Assembly: GCA_964464605.1 (NCBI GenBank)
Contig: CAYXJN010000007.1
Span: 1-64,000, forward strand
Direction: 5' to 3'
From: an uncultured Ignavibacteriales bacterium
GTDB taxonomy: Bacteria; Zixibacteria; MSB-5A5; GN15; FEB-12
DNA length: 64,000 nucleotides
The notes below the pieces were generated by a model, which searched no databases, had not been told where the DNA came from, and saw only the letters and a list, made by a program, of their open reading frames with translations. Shown here piece by piece: positions 26,282-37,761 of this stretch (positions within the stretch are counted from its first letter, which is position 1; every line of letters begins with the position of its first letter). A program made the position numbers and the translations under genes.

Positions 26282-27611
26282 GCTCCTTTAAACCGGAAAC
26301 AAGACGGGTTATTTCATCCTGAGTCCGTTTTTCGGTAAAGGCGAGTATGAGACAATGTGTCAAATCCGGATACCAGCGAGAAGCATCCAATCCACACAAG
26401 ATATTCTTTTGTAACAACCGTTCAATCACTTCGGCTGCCGGAATCGGCGTTTTCACGGCGTATTCACGAACGAACGGAGATTTGGAATAGGCTTCGAATC
26501 CGTCGATCGCGGTTATCTGTTTGAAGGCATCATGGGCGCGCTCCATTGAAAGCAACGCCACCTGCTTCAATCCGCTTTTGCCCAACAGTGACATCTGTAC
26601 AGTCACTGAAGTCGCACAAAGCGCCTGATTGGTGCAGATATTTGAAGTCGCTTTGTCACGACGAATATGCTGTTCCCGTGTTTGCAGGGTCAACACGAAT
26701 CCGGGTTTGCCGTCGACATCAAGGGTGCGCGCGGCAATACGACCCGGCATAAACCGAATCAAATCTTTCTTTGCGGCAAAGAATCCGACAAGCGGCCCGC
26801 CGAACGAAAGCGGCACACCAAGCGGCTGCCCTTCCCCAATAGCGATGTCCGCACCGTATTCACCCGGCGTTTTTAAAAGAGCCTGAGCAACCGGATCGAC
26901 CGCCATGATTACTTTGGCGCCGACTTTGTGTGCAGCCGCAATGATAAGTTCGACTTCTTCCAAAAATCCAAAGAAGTTCGGCTGCGCGATTAAGACACAG
27001 GCCGTGTTTTCATCGACGATATCTTCAACCCGATTGTAGTCAGTTACTAAATCTTTAATCGGAAGTGCGACCACATCGGTTTCAGTGCGCGGCGACAGAA
27101 AAGTTTTGATAACATCTCGATAGAGCGGATTAACCGTTTCAGCAACCACCACTTTGTTCCGGTTGGTTACCTTCATCGCCAGCATGACCGCTTCGGCAGC
27201 GGCGGTTGCGCCGTCGTACATTGAGGCATTCGATACATCCATGCCAAGGAGTCTGCACATATGTGTTTGGAATTCATAAGTGACCTGTAAGGTCCCCTGC
27301 GCGACTTCCGGCTGGTACGGAGTGTAGGAAGTCATGAACTCCGGACGGCTCAAAATCGTTTGTACTGCCGCTGGATTGAAATGGTCATACACGCCGCCGC
27401 CGGCAAAGCAGACGGTACCTTCATGATCTTTTTTCGCCAGTTCATGAATCTCACGAAGCAGTTCCAATTCGGAGAGGGAAGGAATATTGAGCGGGCGGTT
27501 AAACCGCAGCTCTTTCGGGATGGTGACAAGAAGTTCTTCGATGCTCTTTACGCCTATTTTGGCGAGCATCGCTTTTTCATCATCCGGCGTATTCGGTATG
27601 TTGTAGGTCAT
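26250..27611 (-). CDS. gcvPA: Glycine dehydrogenase (decarboxylating) subunit 1
   Basis: YTPYQPEVAQG, NASMYDGATA and LQTREQHIRRDKATSNICTNQAL motifs. Confidence 0.97.
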   Translation of the reverse strand: MTYNIPNTPDDEKAMLAKIGVKSIEELLVTIPKELRFNRPLNIPSLSELELLREIHELAKKDHEGTVCFAGGGVYDHFNPAAVQTILSRPEFMTSYTPYQPEVAQGTLQVTYEFQTHMCRLLGMDVSNASMYDGATAAAEAVMLAMKVTNRNKVVVAETVNPLYRDVIKTFLSPRTETDVVALPIKDLVTDYNRVEDIVDENTACVLIAQPNFFGFLEEVELIIAAAHKVGAKVIMAVDPVAQALLKTPGEYGADIAIGEGQPLGVPLSFGGPLVGFFAAKKDLIRFMPGRIAARTLDVDGKPGFVLTLQTREQHIRRDKATSNICTNQALCATSVTVQMSLLGKSGLKQVALLSMERAHDAFKQITAIDGFEAYSKSPFVREYAVKTPIPAAEVIERLLQKNILCGLDASRWYPDLTHCLILAFTEKRTQDEITRLVSGLKELAHSGVMSRL

Positions 27612-27633
27612 GGTTCCTTAAACGTCCATTCTG

Positions 27634-28017
27634 CTATTTCGTTGCCAACAATTCTGTATAACCGCCGGAAGAGAGCAATTGTTCTTTCCAGCTTGCATCC
27701 GCCAATTCCACTTTTACCATCCACCCGTCGCCGTATGGATCACGGTTGATTACCATCGGGTCGGTATCAAGACCTTTATTGATCTCTTTCACCGTACCAT
27801 TGACCGGCGCGAAAAGTTCCGACACCGCTTTCACCGCTTCTATAGTGCCGAATGCTTTCATAAAAGCCAGTTTGTCGCCGACCCGTGGAAGCTCGACAAA
27901 CACGATATCCCCAAGTTCACCCTGCGCGTAGTCGGTGATACCGATAGTGGCGACATTGCCGTCTATTTTTACCCATTCATGTTCTTTGGTGTAATGCAAA
28001 TCAGCGGGTATATTCAC
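27634..28017 (-). CDS. gcvH: Glycine cleavage system H protein
   Basis: YTKEHEW, GITDYAQGELGDIVFV, EAVKA (lipoyl lysine) and DPYGDGW motifs. Confidence 0.97.
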   Translation of the reverse strand: MNIPADLHYTKEHEWVKIDGNVATIGITDYAQGELGDIVFVELPRVGDKLAFMKAFGTIEAVKAVSELFAPVNGTVKEINKGLDTDPMVINRDPYGDGWMVKVELADASWKEQLLSSGGYTELLATK

Positions 28018-28052
28018 AATATTCCTCCAATGAAATCTTCATTCGTGATCGA

Positions 28053-29492
28053 TTATTCGTTCTGAGCGGCAGAAACTTCCTCAACTGCCGTCTCCTCGCC
28101 CGGTCTTTTGAGCACCACGACGTTTTTTTTTACCGGCTCAACTGCCGGTTCGCTTACAAATGCGCGTTCCAAGAATCCGATATCATGCCGTCCTTCGACA
28201 AATTCCGGATGATGGAAAATTTTCGACTGAAACGGCGCCGTGGTCGGAATGCCTTCAATGATAAACTCTTCAAGGCAGTACCGCATTTTGACAATCGCAT
28301 CCTGACGGGTCTTTGCTTTGACAATCAACTTCGCGATCATCGAATCGTAATACGGCGGAATAACATAGCCGGTGTAGACCGCTCTATCGACGCGCACACC
28401 GGGACCACCCGGTACGTGCATGCCGGTAATTTTACCGGGAGCGGGACGGAACTCTTTGTCCGGGTCTTCGGCGTTAATACGGCATTCGATCACCGCCCAT
28501 TTCGGCTGAAGTTCTTCCTGCTTGTAGGTCAGTTTTTCACCGAGCGCGACGCGAAGCTGGTCTTTGACCAGGTCTATTTCGTACGCTTCTTCCGTTACCG
28601 GATGCTCCACCTGAATACGGGTATTCATTTCCATGAAGTAGAAATTCAAATCAGCATCGACTAAGAACTCGATCGTTCCCGCGCCGCGATAGTTTACCAT
28701 CTTGGCGCCGCGAATCGCTGCCTCACCCATTCGCTTCCGAAGATCAGGCGTCATGATCGGTGAAGGGGTTTCTTCAATCAGTTTCTGGTGACGGCGCTGC
28801 ACCGAGCAGTCACGTTCGCCGACATGGAAGATATTCCCGTGCGTGTCGGCGATAATCTGGATTTCGACATGACGCGGATTAATGACGAATTTTTCCATGT
28901 ACATATTCGGATTACCGAAGGAATTGGCTGCTTCGGCCGATGCGACCGTGAAGTTGCGCTCGAGTTCCGCATCGTCACGACAGACTCGCATCCCTTTACC
29001 GCCGCCTCCGGCGACCGCTTTGAGTATGACCGGGTAGCCGATCTGCGCTGCAACCTGCGCAGCGTGCGCGAAATCGGTAATGACGCCATCCGAACCGGGA
29101 ACAAGCGGCACACCCGCTTTTTTCATCAATTCTTTGGCCATGACTTTGTCACCCATCTGGCGAATCTGTTCTGCGGTGGGACCAATAAAGGTGATATTGC
29201 AGGATTCGCAGATTTCGGCGAAGTCGGCGTTTTCTGCAAGGAAGCCGTAACCGGGGTGAATCGCTCCGGCGTTGGTGACTTCAGCTGCGGAGATAATCTG
29301 TTTGGTATTCAGGTATGATTCTTTGGCCGGGCCGGGGCCAATGCAGACATCCTCATCTGCGAACCGGACATGCAGCGCATCCCTGTCTGCTTCCGAATAG
29401 ACGGCCACGGTTTTCAATCCCATTTCGCGGCAGGCGCGGATGACGCGCAATGCGATTTCGCCGCGATTGGCGATAAGCACTTTATCAAACAC
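28053..29492 (-). CDS. accC: Acetyl-CoA carboxylase biotin carboxylase subunit
   Basis: [35 protein letters not shown] and [10 protein letters not shown] motifs. Confidence 0.95.
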   Translation of the reverse strand: MFDKVLIANRGEIALRVIRACREMGLKTVAVYSEADRDALHVRFADEDVCIGPGPAKESYLNTKQIISAAEVTNAGAIHPGYGFLAENADFAEICESCNITFIGPTAEQIRQMGDKVMAKELMKKAGVPLVPGSDGVITDFAHAAQVAAQIGYPVILKAVAGGGGKGMRVCRDDAELERNFTVASAEAANSFGNPNMYMEKFVINPRHVEIQIIADTHGNIFHVGERDCSVQRRHQKLIEETPSPIMTPDLRKRMGEAAIRGAKMVNYRGAGTIEFLVDADLNFYFMEMNTRIQVEHPVTEEAYEIDLVKDQLRVALGEKLTYKQEELQPKWAVIECRINAEDPDKEFRPAPGKITGMHVPGGPGVRVDRAVYTGYVIPPYYDSMIAKLIVKAKTRQDAIVKMRYCLEEFIIEGIPTTAPFQSKIFHHPEFVEGRHDIGFLERAFVSEPAVEPVKKNVVVLKRPGEETAVEEVSAAQNE

Positions 29493-29632
29493 TCGTGTCG
29501 TTATTTCCTCATTCTGTGTTAGGGTAACATGCTGTACAAGAAGATAATATAGCGAAATTCCGGCGGGATAACCAAACGATATTTCGCCCTTCCTGAAATC
29601 AGATAACCCCTATAACCAAAACGGGTTCCCGG

Positions 29633-30022
29633 CTACTTCAACCGCTCCAGCACACCTCGGCGTTTTACGATATTCTTATAATCCCACTGGATTTTCTTTG
29701 ATTTCGTAAGCCAGCGTTTTAACGCTTTTGTGTCTACCTGATCCGCTTTTGTATACCGAGCCTCGGCGGCCTTAAATTTCCCCTCCGGTTTTAACCCCTT
29801 TTCCTCGAATGATTGGCCGCTCCAAAAGAGCAACCGAATACAATCCTTGAGCTTGTCGTACCCGACAATCGGGTTGCCATCGAGGAACCAAACCGGATGA
29901 GCATGCCAGATTTTGCTCTCTGCCCCTTTGAGGTTCAGATTTATTTCTTTCATCAGCAGTTCGCAAATCATCCTTTCTTCGGATGATTGCGCATCGTTGT
30001 ACGCTTGAATCGTCTTATCCAT
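29633..30022 (-). CDS. DUF1801/YdhG-like protein
   Basis: ESKIWHAHPVWFLDGNPIVGY and LLFWSGQSF pattern. Confidence 0.75.
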   Translation of the reverse strand: MDKTIQAYNDAQSSEERMICELLMKEINLNLKGAESKIWHAHPVWFLDGNPIVGYDKLKDCIRLLFWSGQSFEEKGLKPEGKFKAAEARYTKADQVDTKALKRWLTKSKKIQWDYKNIVKRRGVLERLK

Positions 30023-30091
30023 AACCGTAATATAATAGCACATCTCTAAAAAAGATGTGCTATTGATTCATTGAGCTTATGACTGTTTGAC

Positions 30092-30538
30092 TTATGCCGG
30101 AATATCAGAACAGCAGTGTCCACACTTGGTCGCTTTGACCGGAACCGCCATCAGACAGCGCGGGCAATCTTTGGTTGCCGCTGGTGCAGCCGGAGGAGGC
30201 GGAAGTAATCTGCTGACTCCGCGTAACAACAGGAAAATCGAAAAGGCGACAATCAAAAAGCTGATAATCGTGTTAATAAAGGCACCATAGCTTATCACCA
30301 CCGCACCGGCCGCTTTTGCGGCAGCAATGGTTGGATACGGACCAGGCGTGGTTCCTTCTTTAATCAGCATGTACATGTTGGAGAAATCGACACCGCCAAG
30401 GAGTATCCCGAGCGGCGGCATCAAAATATCCGCCACTAATGAACTGACAATGCTACCGAACGCGGCACCGATAATGATACCGACCGCCATGTCGAGCACG
30501 TTGCCGCGCATGATGAATTTTTTGAATTCTGAAATCAT
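30092..30538 (-). CDS. mscL: Large-conductance mechanosensitive channel with C-terminal zinc ribbon
   Basis: [24 protein letters not shown] and [16 protein letters not shown]; tail CPRC-x10-CGHC. Confidence 0.95.
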   Translation of the reverse strand: MISEFKKFIMRGNVLDMAVGIIIGAAFGSIVSSLVADILMPPLGILLGGVDFSNMYMLIKEGTTPGPYPTIAAAKAAGAVVISYGAFINTIISFLIVAFSIFLLLRGVSRLLPPPPAAPAATKDCPRCLMAVPVKATKCGHCCSDIPA

Positions 30539-30569
30539 GACTCTCTCCCTTTCGTTTGCGTCCCGTTCG

Positions 30570-31502
30570 TTATCCCTGTGTTTTCCACGCTAAACCGATA
30601 CCGAGCGTTTCCTTTATGCGCGCCTTATCGTCGATCTCTTTGTCGTACAGCATCTGAAAATACAAAAAGGTCTGGATATATTTGCTGATGGATGCACTTA
30701 CCTGATGTTCCCAGTTCGCATCGATTGTTTTCCAGTCATCGTTCGGCAGCTCATCATTCTTAGAGTTGAAAATTGCCTTAAACAGTGTCAATTTGGTCGT
30801 GTAACTCAGCTTGGTGTTGAGCGAGGCCGTCAGATCCGTGACTGATTCAATACCGCCGTCATTCGTCGATTCGTTCGTGCTTGTTTTGGCGACGGGGTCG
30901 GTCACGACTGAAAAAATCGTCTGGCGGAACGCGAAACCAAGTCGGCTGCGGAAATCGACAGAACTCGGCTTTTGCGAAAACACTTTCATCAGACCGGCTG
31001 ATTCGGTGAACCGCATCGGCGTAAAATAGCGGCGGAAACCGGGGACCGATTCATCGGTGAAATAGCTTTCAAAGCGAAGCGCCGCGTACGGATCGACAAA
31101 TGAATTCAGCAGAAAGCGAAAGACCGATTCGAAATCGATCAGGTCGGTCGATTTCCGCGGTTTCTGCCAGTGCGTGTCGCCGGTTGAATCATCCCGTACC
31201 TGCGAGAGTGTTTGGCCGAAGGCGAGCTTCAGTACGTTGCGGCTTTCTACTTTCGCATGCAAAAGCTTCCACGCCGCCCACCGGGAATTGAACGCCCAGT
31301 TCAAGGAACCGACTTCACCGCCGACCCAGTTATCACTGTACGATGACTGCGCAGCGGCGATAGCCGTTTCAACGGTGTATTGCCATTTGCCGCTCATTTT
31401 CATCGTGGTATCAACCGCCGGTTGCGCGAAAGCTACCGAGGCAAGAAAAAGCAGGGACAAAATCGAAAATCCGGTTTTCACGAGCGCTCCTTTCCTTTTC
31501 AT
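30570..31502 (-). CDS. DUF3078-like outer-membrane beta-barrel protein
   Basis: Signal peptide, [11 protein letters not shown] motif, alternating beta strands and a terminal LGIGLAW strand. Confidence 0.65.
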   Translation of the reverse strand: MKRKGALVKTGFSILSLLFLASVAFAQPAVDTTMKMSGKWQYTVETAIAAAQSSYSDNWVGGEVGSLNWAFNSRWAAWKLLHAKVESRNVLKLAFGQTLSQVRDDSTGDTHWQKPRKSTDLIDFESVFRFLLNSFVDPYAALRFESYFTDESVPGFRRYFTPMRFTESAGLMKVFSQKPSSVDFRSRLGFAFRQTIFSVVTDPVAKTSTNESTNDGGIESVTDLTASLNTKLSYTTKLTLFKAIFNSKNDELPNDDWKTIDANWEHQVSASISKYIQTFLYFQMLYDKEIDDKARIKETLGIGLAWKTQG

Positions 31503-31643
31503 ACTCCCCTATTTGTTATCCCATTCACCGCAATGATGATATTGCGAAAAAGACAACGCAAGTTGTATTTGATTTATGGAAAAAACTATTTCAACGTTTC
31601 AAAAAAATCTGTACGGCATGTTGGCTGAACTATAGATTAGGCG

Positions 31644-32534
31644 ATGAACAGCGCGTCACTTTTCCTGCTTATTCCGGTAATCTTCTGGGGAGTTTCCTAT
31701 ATCGCCATTAAGATCGTGCTCGATCAATTGTCGCCGATGGAAATGATATCCGGGCGCTTTTTCTTAGGGACAATCACACTTTACTTAATTTTACGTTTCA
31801 AAAAAATCAGCCCGTGGCCGGTACACGGAATAGGAAAACTTTTCGCCGCCGCGTTCATGGTATTTTTGCATTTCTGGGTGATGGCGGAAGGAATGAAAGA
31901 TACCAGCGCATCGAACACCGCCTGGATTTTAACCACCGCGCCGATTTTTATCGCTATTCTTTCATGGATAGTATTGAAAGAGGTGTTTAGCCTTTCACAA
32001 TGGGGTGGACTTTTGATAGCCGGTTCCGGTGTTTTGTTTCTTACCTACAACGGTGACGCGAACAACTTCCAATGGACAAACTCCAAAGGGGATTTGCTCG
32101 TGCTCGGTTCCTGCGTGACCTGGGCGATTTACACGGTAGGAACGCGCGGAATAACGCAAAAAATTCATCCGCTTGTGGCAACCTTCTGGATGACCGCCTT
32201 AGCCGGACTGATTTTTATTCCGATTACCCTCTTCTCAAGCGGCATACAACCGTATCTGACCATGCAAACCGACACGACTGTTGCTCTGCTCTTTTTGGGA
32301 ATTTGTGCTTTGGCTATTTCATTCTGGCTTTGGTCGGAAGGACTGGCGCGTCAGACCGCCGCCGAAGTCGGGGTTTGGTTATATATCGAGCCGATTATCA
32401 CCGTTATCGGCGCATGGTTTTTACTCGGTGAAGCGATAACCGTTTGGCTGGCTATCGGCGCGGCGTTGATTTCGCTCGGTGTCTTTATCGCCGAAAAATA
32501 CGGGCACGCCAAGCCGGTAGAACATGATGCCTAA
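31644..32534 (+). CDS. EamA/DMT family transporter
   Basis: FWGVSYIAIK, WIVLKE, GDLLVL and YIEPIITVIGAWFLLGE motifs; about ten TM helices. Confidence 0.9.
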   Translation: MNSASLFLLIPVIFWGVSYIAIKIVLDQLSPMEMISGRFFLGTITLYLILRFKKISPWPVHGIGKLFAAAFMVFLHFWVMAEGMKDTSASNTAWILTTAPIFIAILSWIVLKEVFSLSQWGGLLIAGSGVLFLTYNGDANNFQWTNSKGDLLVLGSCVTWAIYTVGTRGITQKIHPLVATFWMTALAGLIFIPITLFSSGIQPYLTMQTDTTVALLFLGICALAISFWLWSEGLARQTAAEVGVWLYIEPIITVIGAWFLLGEAITVWLAIGAALISLGVFIAEKYGHAKPVEHDA

Positions 32535-32549
32535 GTGTTTTAGCCCTAC

Positions 32550-32578
32550 TTGACTTACCCCCGCTTTTCCCGTACTAT
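32550..32578 (+). promoter_or_regulatory. Sigma-70-type promoter of the aspS operon
   Basis: TTGACT-N17-TACTAT. Confidence 0.7.
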
Positions 32579-32665
32579 TAGACCATCAAATTATGAGCAG
32601 CAGGCCAATTTGTAATCAGCATAACTGCTGATGTCGCATTCACTTTCACCGGACATGAGGATTTG

Positions 32666-34495
32666 ATGCCACATTTTTCAGAATTAAAGCGGACGCATAC
32701 CTGCGGGGAGTTGCGCCCTGAACATATCGGACAAACAACCAGACTCAACGGCTGGGTAGACGGATACCGTAATCTCGGCGGTCTGCTCTTTTTGGATTTG
32801 CGGGATCGCTACGGAATCACCCAAGTCGTCATCAATCCGGAAACATTTCCTGCAGATATGCTCGCCGAAGCGGAAAGAGCGCGGCATGAGTTTGTCGTCG
32901 CCGTTGTCGGTACCGTAGCGACCCGTCCACAAGGAACAGAAAACGCGAAACTCGATACCGGTATGATTGAAGTACAAGCGTCGTTCTTTACTATTCTCTC
33001 CACGTCTAAAACACCGCCATTTGAAATCAGCGAACATACGAATGCAAATGAACAGCTTCGTTTGGAATACCGCTTTTTGGATCTGCGCCGCAAACCGCTT
33101 CAGGATCGAATCAAGTTTCGCAGTCAGGCAGCCATGGCCGTTCGCAATCATTTGGTCAAAGAAGGCTTTCTGGAAATCGAAACGCCCTTATTGATCCGTT
33201 CCACTCCTGAAGGTGCGCGTGACTATGTTGTACCGAGCCGTATTTACCACGGTAAGTTTTACGCGCTTCCGCAATCACCGCAATTGCTCAAACAGATTTT
33301 AATGGTTTCGGGATACGACAAATACTTCCAGCTTGCCCGGTGCCTTCGCGATGAAGATTTGCGCGCTGACCGTCAGCCGGAACATACGCAGATAGATATG
33401 GAAATGTCTTTTGTTACGCCGGAAGATATTTTCGGCGTCGTTGAGCGGATGCTCAAGGCGGTGTACAAAGAGATGCTCAACGTTGATATACAACTTCCGC
33501 TCCCTCGTTATCAATACGATGACATTTTTAACCGCTACGGCAGCGACAAACCGGATACCCGGTTCGGTTTGGAATTAATCGACCTTTCCGGCATCGTCAA
33601 AAACTCCGGATTCAAAGTCTTCGCCGAAAACGTGGAAAAAGGCGGAGTCGTCAAAGGAATCGTGCTTCCGGGTGGCGGCAATTATTCACGCAAACAGATC
33701 GATGACCTGACTGAATTTGCTAAAGGAAAGGGTGCATCAGGGTTAGCGTATATTTTAAGGACCGAATCGGAAATCAAATCACCGATCAGCAAGTTCCTTT
33801 CTGAAACGGAATTGAACAAGATCATCGAAACGACGAAGCTGAATGTCGGCGATGCGCTCTTTATCGTATCCGGCAAACCGATTTCGACCGAGGAAACCCT
33901 CGGCCAGCTTCGTTTGCACTTGGGTAAAACGCATAATCTGATTCGCACGAACGAATGGCATCTGTTTTTTGTCATGCATTTCCCCCTTTTCTATTACAAC
34001 GAGGAATACAAGCGCTTCGAGGCTATGCACAACATTGTTTCCCATCCGCGGGAAGTCGATATGCCGCTTTTAGATGAAGGATTTAACACTTCGACTCCGG
34101 CTGCCGATATTAATCATCCATGGAGACGTATGAAGGCTTCCCAGTATGATTTGGTCATTAACGGCTGGGAAATAGCCTCCGGCGGTCAGCGAATTAATCG
34201 TCGTGACTTGCAGGAAAAAGTACTGGATATTCTTGGTATCGACAATCAACGCGCCGACCGGATGTTCGGCTTTTTGTTAAAGGCGCTCGAATACGGCGCC
34301 CCACCCCACGCCGGAATCGCGCTCGGGTTGGATAGATTGATAGCGATAATGACCGGTTCGGAATCGATTCGTGATGTTATGGCGTTTCCGAAAACGGCCG
34401 CTGCGATTTCGCTCATGGATGGATGCCCGACTACCATCGAACAGGATCAGCTCGATGAGTTGGGATTGATCATTAAAGGAGGACAGGCCGGGTAG
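32666..34495 (+). CDS. aspS: Aspartate--tRNA ligase (bacterial type with GAD domain)
   Basis: RTHTCGEL, FLDLRDRYG, STPEGARDY, LPQSPQL, RDEDLRADRQPE and GAPPHAGIALGLDR motifs. Confidence 0.97.
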   Translation: MPHFSELKRTHTCGELRPEHIGQTTRLNGWVDGYRNLGGLLFLDLRDRYGITQVVINPETFPADMLAEAERARHEFVVAVVGTVATRPQGTENAKLDTGMIEVQASFFTILSTSKTPPFEISEHTNANEQLRLEYRFLDLRRKPLQDRIKFRSQAAMAVRNHLVKEGFLEIETPLLIRSTPEGARDYVVPSRIYHGKFYALPQSPQLLKQILMVSGYDKYFQLARCLRDEDLRADRQPEHTQIDMEMSFVTPEDIFGVVERMLKAVYKEMLNVDIQLPLPRYQYDDIFNRYGSDKPDTRFGLELIDLSGIVKNSGFKVFAENVEKGGVVKGIVLPGGGNYSRKQIDDLTEFAKGKGASGLAYILRTESEIKSPISKFLSETELNKIIETTKLNVGDALFIVSGKPISTEETLGQLRLHLGKTHNLIRTNEWHLFFVMHFPLFYYNEEYKRFEAMHNIVSHPREVDMPLLDEGFNTSTPAADINHPWRRMKASQYDLVINGWEIASGGQRINRRDLQEKVLDILGIDNQRADRMFGFLLKALEYGAPPHAGIALGLDRLIAIMTGSESIRDVMAFPKTAAAISLMDGCPTTIEQDQLDELGLIIKGGQAG

Positions 34496-34509
34496 TTTTA
34501 TACCCGCGT

Positions 34510-35505
34510 ATGAGTATCGAATATCAGGACAAAGCTTCCCGTACGCTCACATTGGACGGGATTGATCCTCGCCTACTCTTTGGTCAAAACGACCTGTTCT
34601 TACGAATTATCGAAACCAGACTCGGCTGCACCCTGGTTGCCCGTGGTGATAAAATTACGGTTGAAGGGGAATCTCGTGATGTCGAGTTGGTCACCCGCTT
34701 ATTCACTGATCTGATAACCCGTATCAAAGGTGGCGAGTTTTTAACCGAGCAGTACTTGAACTATGCGATAAGCATGGTCAAAGAAAACGGTACCGGCCCC
34801 GCAGAAAGTATATCCACTCAGGCTTTAATCAGCAGTTCACTGAAAAAATCTATCAAGCCGAAAACAGTCGGACAAACGCAATACGTTGACTCAATCGCAA
34901 AAAATGATCTGGTCTTCGCTATCGGTCCGGCCGGAACAGGAAAAACATATTTAGCCGTTGCGATGGCGGTCGCGGAATTGAAAGCGAATCGCGTTAATCG
35001 TATCGTCTTCACGCGCCCTGCCGTTGAAGCGGGCGAATCACTCGGATTCTTGCCCGGTGATATTCGCGCCAAAGTAGATCCGTATCTGCGTCCGGTGTAC
35101 GATGCGCTCTACGACATGCTCCAGCCGGACAAAATCAGGAATCTGCTTGAAATTGGTGTTATCGAAATCGCTCCGCTTGCCTTTATGCGCGGTCGTACGC
35201 TGAATGAAGCGTTTGTCGTGCTCGATGAAGCGCAAAACACCACCAACGCCCAGATGAAAATGTTTTTGACACGCATCGGTGAAAAATCAAAAGTCGTAGT
35301 AACCGGTGATATAACACAGATAGATTTGGATGAGCGCCACGTATCCGGACTCATTCGCGCCGAAACGATTTTGCGCGGTATTCCCGGTATTTCATTTATT
35401 TATCTGACAGACAAGGATGTAGTCCGCCATCAGTTGGTCCAGAGCATTATTCGTGCGTATGATCAACACGACCCTCCCAAAGGGCGAGGGCGCGGCGGCC
35501 GGTAG
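34510..35505 (+). CDS. phoH: PhoH-like ATPase
   Basis: GPAGTGKTYLA, RPAVEAGESLGFLPGD, MRGRTL, DEAQN and TGDITQIDL motifs. Confidence 0.93.
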   Translation: MSIEYQDKASRTLTLDGIDPRLLFGQNDLFLRIIETRLGCTLVARGDKITVEGESRDVELVTRLFTDLITRIKGGEFLTEQYLNYAISMVKENGTGPAESISTQALISSSLKKSIKPKTVGQTQYVDSIAKNDLVFAIGPAGTGKTYLAVAMAVAELKANRVNRIVFTRPAVEAGESLGFLPGDIRAKVDPYLRPVYDALYDMLQPDKIRNLLEIGVIEIAPLAFMRGRTLNEAFVVLDEAQNTTNAQMKMFLTRIGEKSKVVVTGDITQIDLDERHVSGLIRAETILRGIPGISFIYLTDKDVVRHQLVQSIIRAYDQHDPPKGRGRGGR

Positions 35506-35511
35506 GTCGGC

Positions 35512-37761
35512 ATGTTTTCTTTTTTACTCCATCTGAAGCGCTGGCTTCTGCGGCTTTTGAAAGTCCGCAGCGAGAGCCGGCAGTCAGTCGAACCGACTTT
35601 TTCGCTGCGGTTCATGCGTATTGCACTATTGTTGTTCAGTGCGCTGGCAATCAGCCTGATTTATCCCGGCAAAGAACTTTTTTATCCGCTTGATATTCCG
35701 CATCGCGGGGAATCAGTTGATGATGATGTCGTCGCACCCTTTCGGCTGACCATCAACAAAACCGAACAGGAACTTACCGCCGAAAAGCAGTTAGTGGCCT
35801 CGGCAATTCCCTTTCCGGTACAATACGATTCAAATCTAACGATCACCGCCCTTACCCAATTCGACCGATTCTGGACAATGGTCGACTCACTCACCAAAGA
35901 GGCACAGAGCGCTTCGGATGATACCATCGAACGAAGCGTGACGGTTTTGTCGCAGGCGTTTCCGCAGTTGAGTGAATCGGTTATTCGTCAATCGTTCATC
36001 ATGCCGGATATCCGCTTTATCCGTCTCAATGTCCGTACGCTACTCGCTGACAGTATTTTGAAAACCGGGGTACTAAACGATACGGTGCATCTGCCGGAAG
36101 TACGCGGTCAGGCGATTTTGATTAAACGCGGCACTCGTGAAAATATTTTACCGAAAGAAAAACTGCCGACCATGGCGCAGGCGAACAGCCGTTTGCTCGC
36201 CATACTGAACCGGATGGGGCGCAATCTTTCGTTGAATACCGAATATTGGTATCTGCTTGGGCGCGGGTTTCTGGTTTCCAACTTTCTACCGGAACATGCT
36301 GAGTACAATGACAAGTTGAATACTGAATTAGCTGCGATATCGACGGTACAGGAAACCATTGAAAGCGGTGAATTGATTATCGCCGCCGGATCGGTAATCG
36401 GTGAACGGGAAGAACGAATTCTCGCCGAACTGGCGCATCAGGAGCATTTGCAAAGACTCAATTCAGGATGGGTGATGGCATCGATACCGATTCTCGCCCG
36501 TTTACTTTTAGTAGCCGGCTTATTCGGGTTGCTCTACCTCTTTTTGAAGTTCTATCGCCCGGCGGTGTATGCATCCTCGCAAAAGCTGTTTACTATTTTT
36601 CTGGTCTTCGGCGTGCAGTTGGCACTTCTGTTTTTTATCTCACGATTCACTGAAGCCTCCGCCTACCTCTACCCTGTCGCCTTCCTGCCTATCCTGATTA
36701 CGATTTTGTTCGACATGGAAATCGGGTTGGTCGCCACACTCGTACTCGCCCTGCTCATGGGTGTACTCGAGCGGTTTGACTTTACGTTAACCCTGATGTC
36801 AATGTTAGTCGGTGCGGTTGCCTGCTATGCTTCCCGTCGTGTTCGTAAACGTTCGACATTTTTTAGAATCATTGCTTCGGTATCACTTGCTTGTATGGCC
36901 TTTACCTTGGTTGTCGAAAGCATGCGGGTTACTGCCGAGCCGAATATTATGGCGGATGTTATCGCCAGCGCCGTGAACGGCCTCATGTGCGGTCTGCTTG
37001 CCTTCGGATTATTGCCATTCTTTGAAGCGTTGTTCGGATTTGCGACAGATATTACCTTGCTTGAGCTCTCCGACCCGAATCATCCCTTGCTGCGTCGTCT
37101 TGCCCTTGAAGCTCCCGGTACCTACCAACATTCCATCGTTGTTGCGAATTTGAGCGAAGCGGCAGCGAAATCGATAAGCGCGAATTCTCTCTTAGCGCGT
37201 GTCGGCTGTTATTATCACGATATCGGAAAAATGGAAATTCCGGAGTATTTCGTCGAAAATCAGGTCGGCGTGAAATCGAAACATGAGCAGCTTGCACCGT
37301 CGATGTCCGCGCTTATTCTCACTGCTCACGTCAAAAAAGGTCGCGCGCTCGGTGAACAGTCCGATATTCCGGATGATGTGTTAAATTTCATCGAAGAACA
37401 TCACGGCACGATGGTCATGAGCTATTTTTATGACAAAGCACTCAAAATGGGTGAGGATGCTTCTTCGATCGACAAATACCGTTACCCCGGCCCCAAACCG
37501 CAGACACGGGAAACAGGGATTGCGATGTTGGCTGATGCTGTCGAGGCGGCCAGCCGCACACTCGCTGACCCGAAACCGTCACGAATCATGAATTTGATCG
37601 AGCGGATTATCAACGACCGCTTTCAGTCGGGTGAATTGGATGAATGCCCGCTGACATTGCGTGACCTCGCGAAAATCAAAGATGCCTTCGCGCAGGTGCT
37701 AATCAGCGCGTTTCATCATCGCATCGAATACCCGAAGCGGGATATCAACGCGACGGTATGA
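35512..37761 (+). CDS. 7TM-HD (HDIG) phosphohydrolase, PgpH-like cyclic-di-AMP phosphodiesterase
   Basis: Extracellular domain, seven TM helices, APGTYQHS, YYHDIGK, EHHGT, YPGPKP and MLADAVEAASR motifs; phoH-X-ybeY synteny. Confidence 0.85.
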   Translation: MFSFLLHLKRWLLRLLKVRSESRQSVEPTFSLRFMRIALLLFSALAISLIYPGKELFYPLDIPHRGESVDDDVVAPFRLTINKTEQELTAEKQLVASAIPFPVQYDSNLTITALTQFDRFWTMVDSLTKEAQSASDDTIERSVTVLSQAFPQLSESVIRQSFIMPDIRFIRLNVRTLLADSILKTGVLNDTVHLPEVRGQAILIKRGTRENILPKEKLPTMAQANSRLLAILNRMGRNLSLNTEYWYLLGRGFLVSNFLPEHAEYNDKLNTELAAISTVQETIESGELIIAAGSVIGEREERILAELAHQEHLQRLNSGWVMASIPILARLLLVAGLFGLLYLFLKFYRPAVYASSQKLFTIFLVFGVQLALLFFISRFTEASAYLYPVAFLPILITILFDMEIGLVATLVLALLMGVLERFDFTLTLMSMLVGAVACYASRRVRKRSTFFRIIASVSLACMAFTLVVESMRVTAEPNIMADVIASAVNGLMCGLLAFGLLPFFEALFGFATDITLLELSDPNHPLLRRLALEAPGTYQHSIVVANLSEAAAKSISANSLLARVGCYYHDIGKMEIPEYFVENQVGVKSKHEQLAPSMSALILTAHVKKGRALGEQSDIPDDVLNFIEEHHGTMVMSYFYDKALKMGEDASSIDKYRYPGPKPQTRETGIAMLADAVEAASRTLADPKPSRIMNLIERIINDRFQSGELDECPLTLRDLAKIKDAFAQVLISAFHHRIEYPKRDINATV

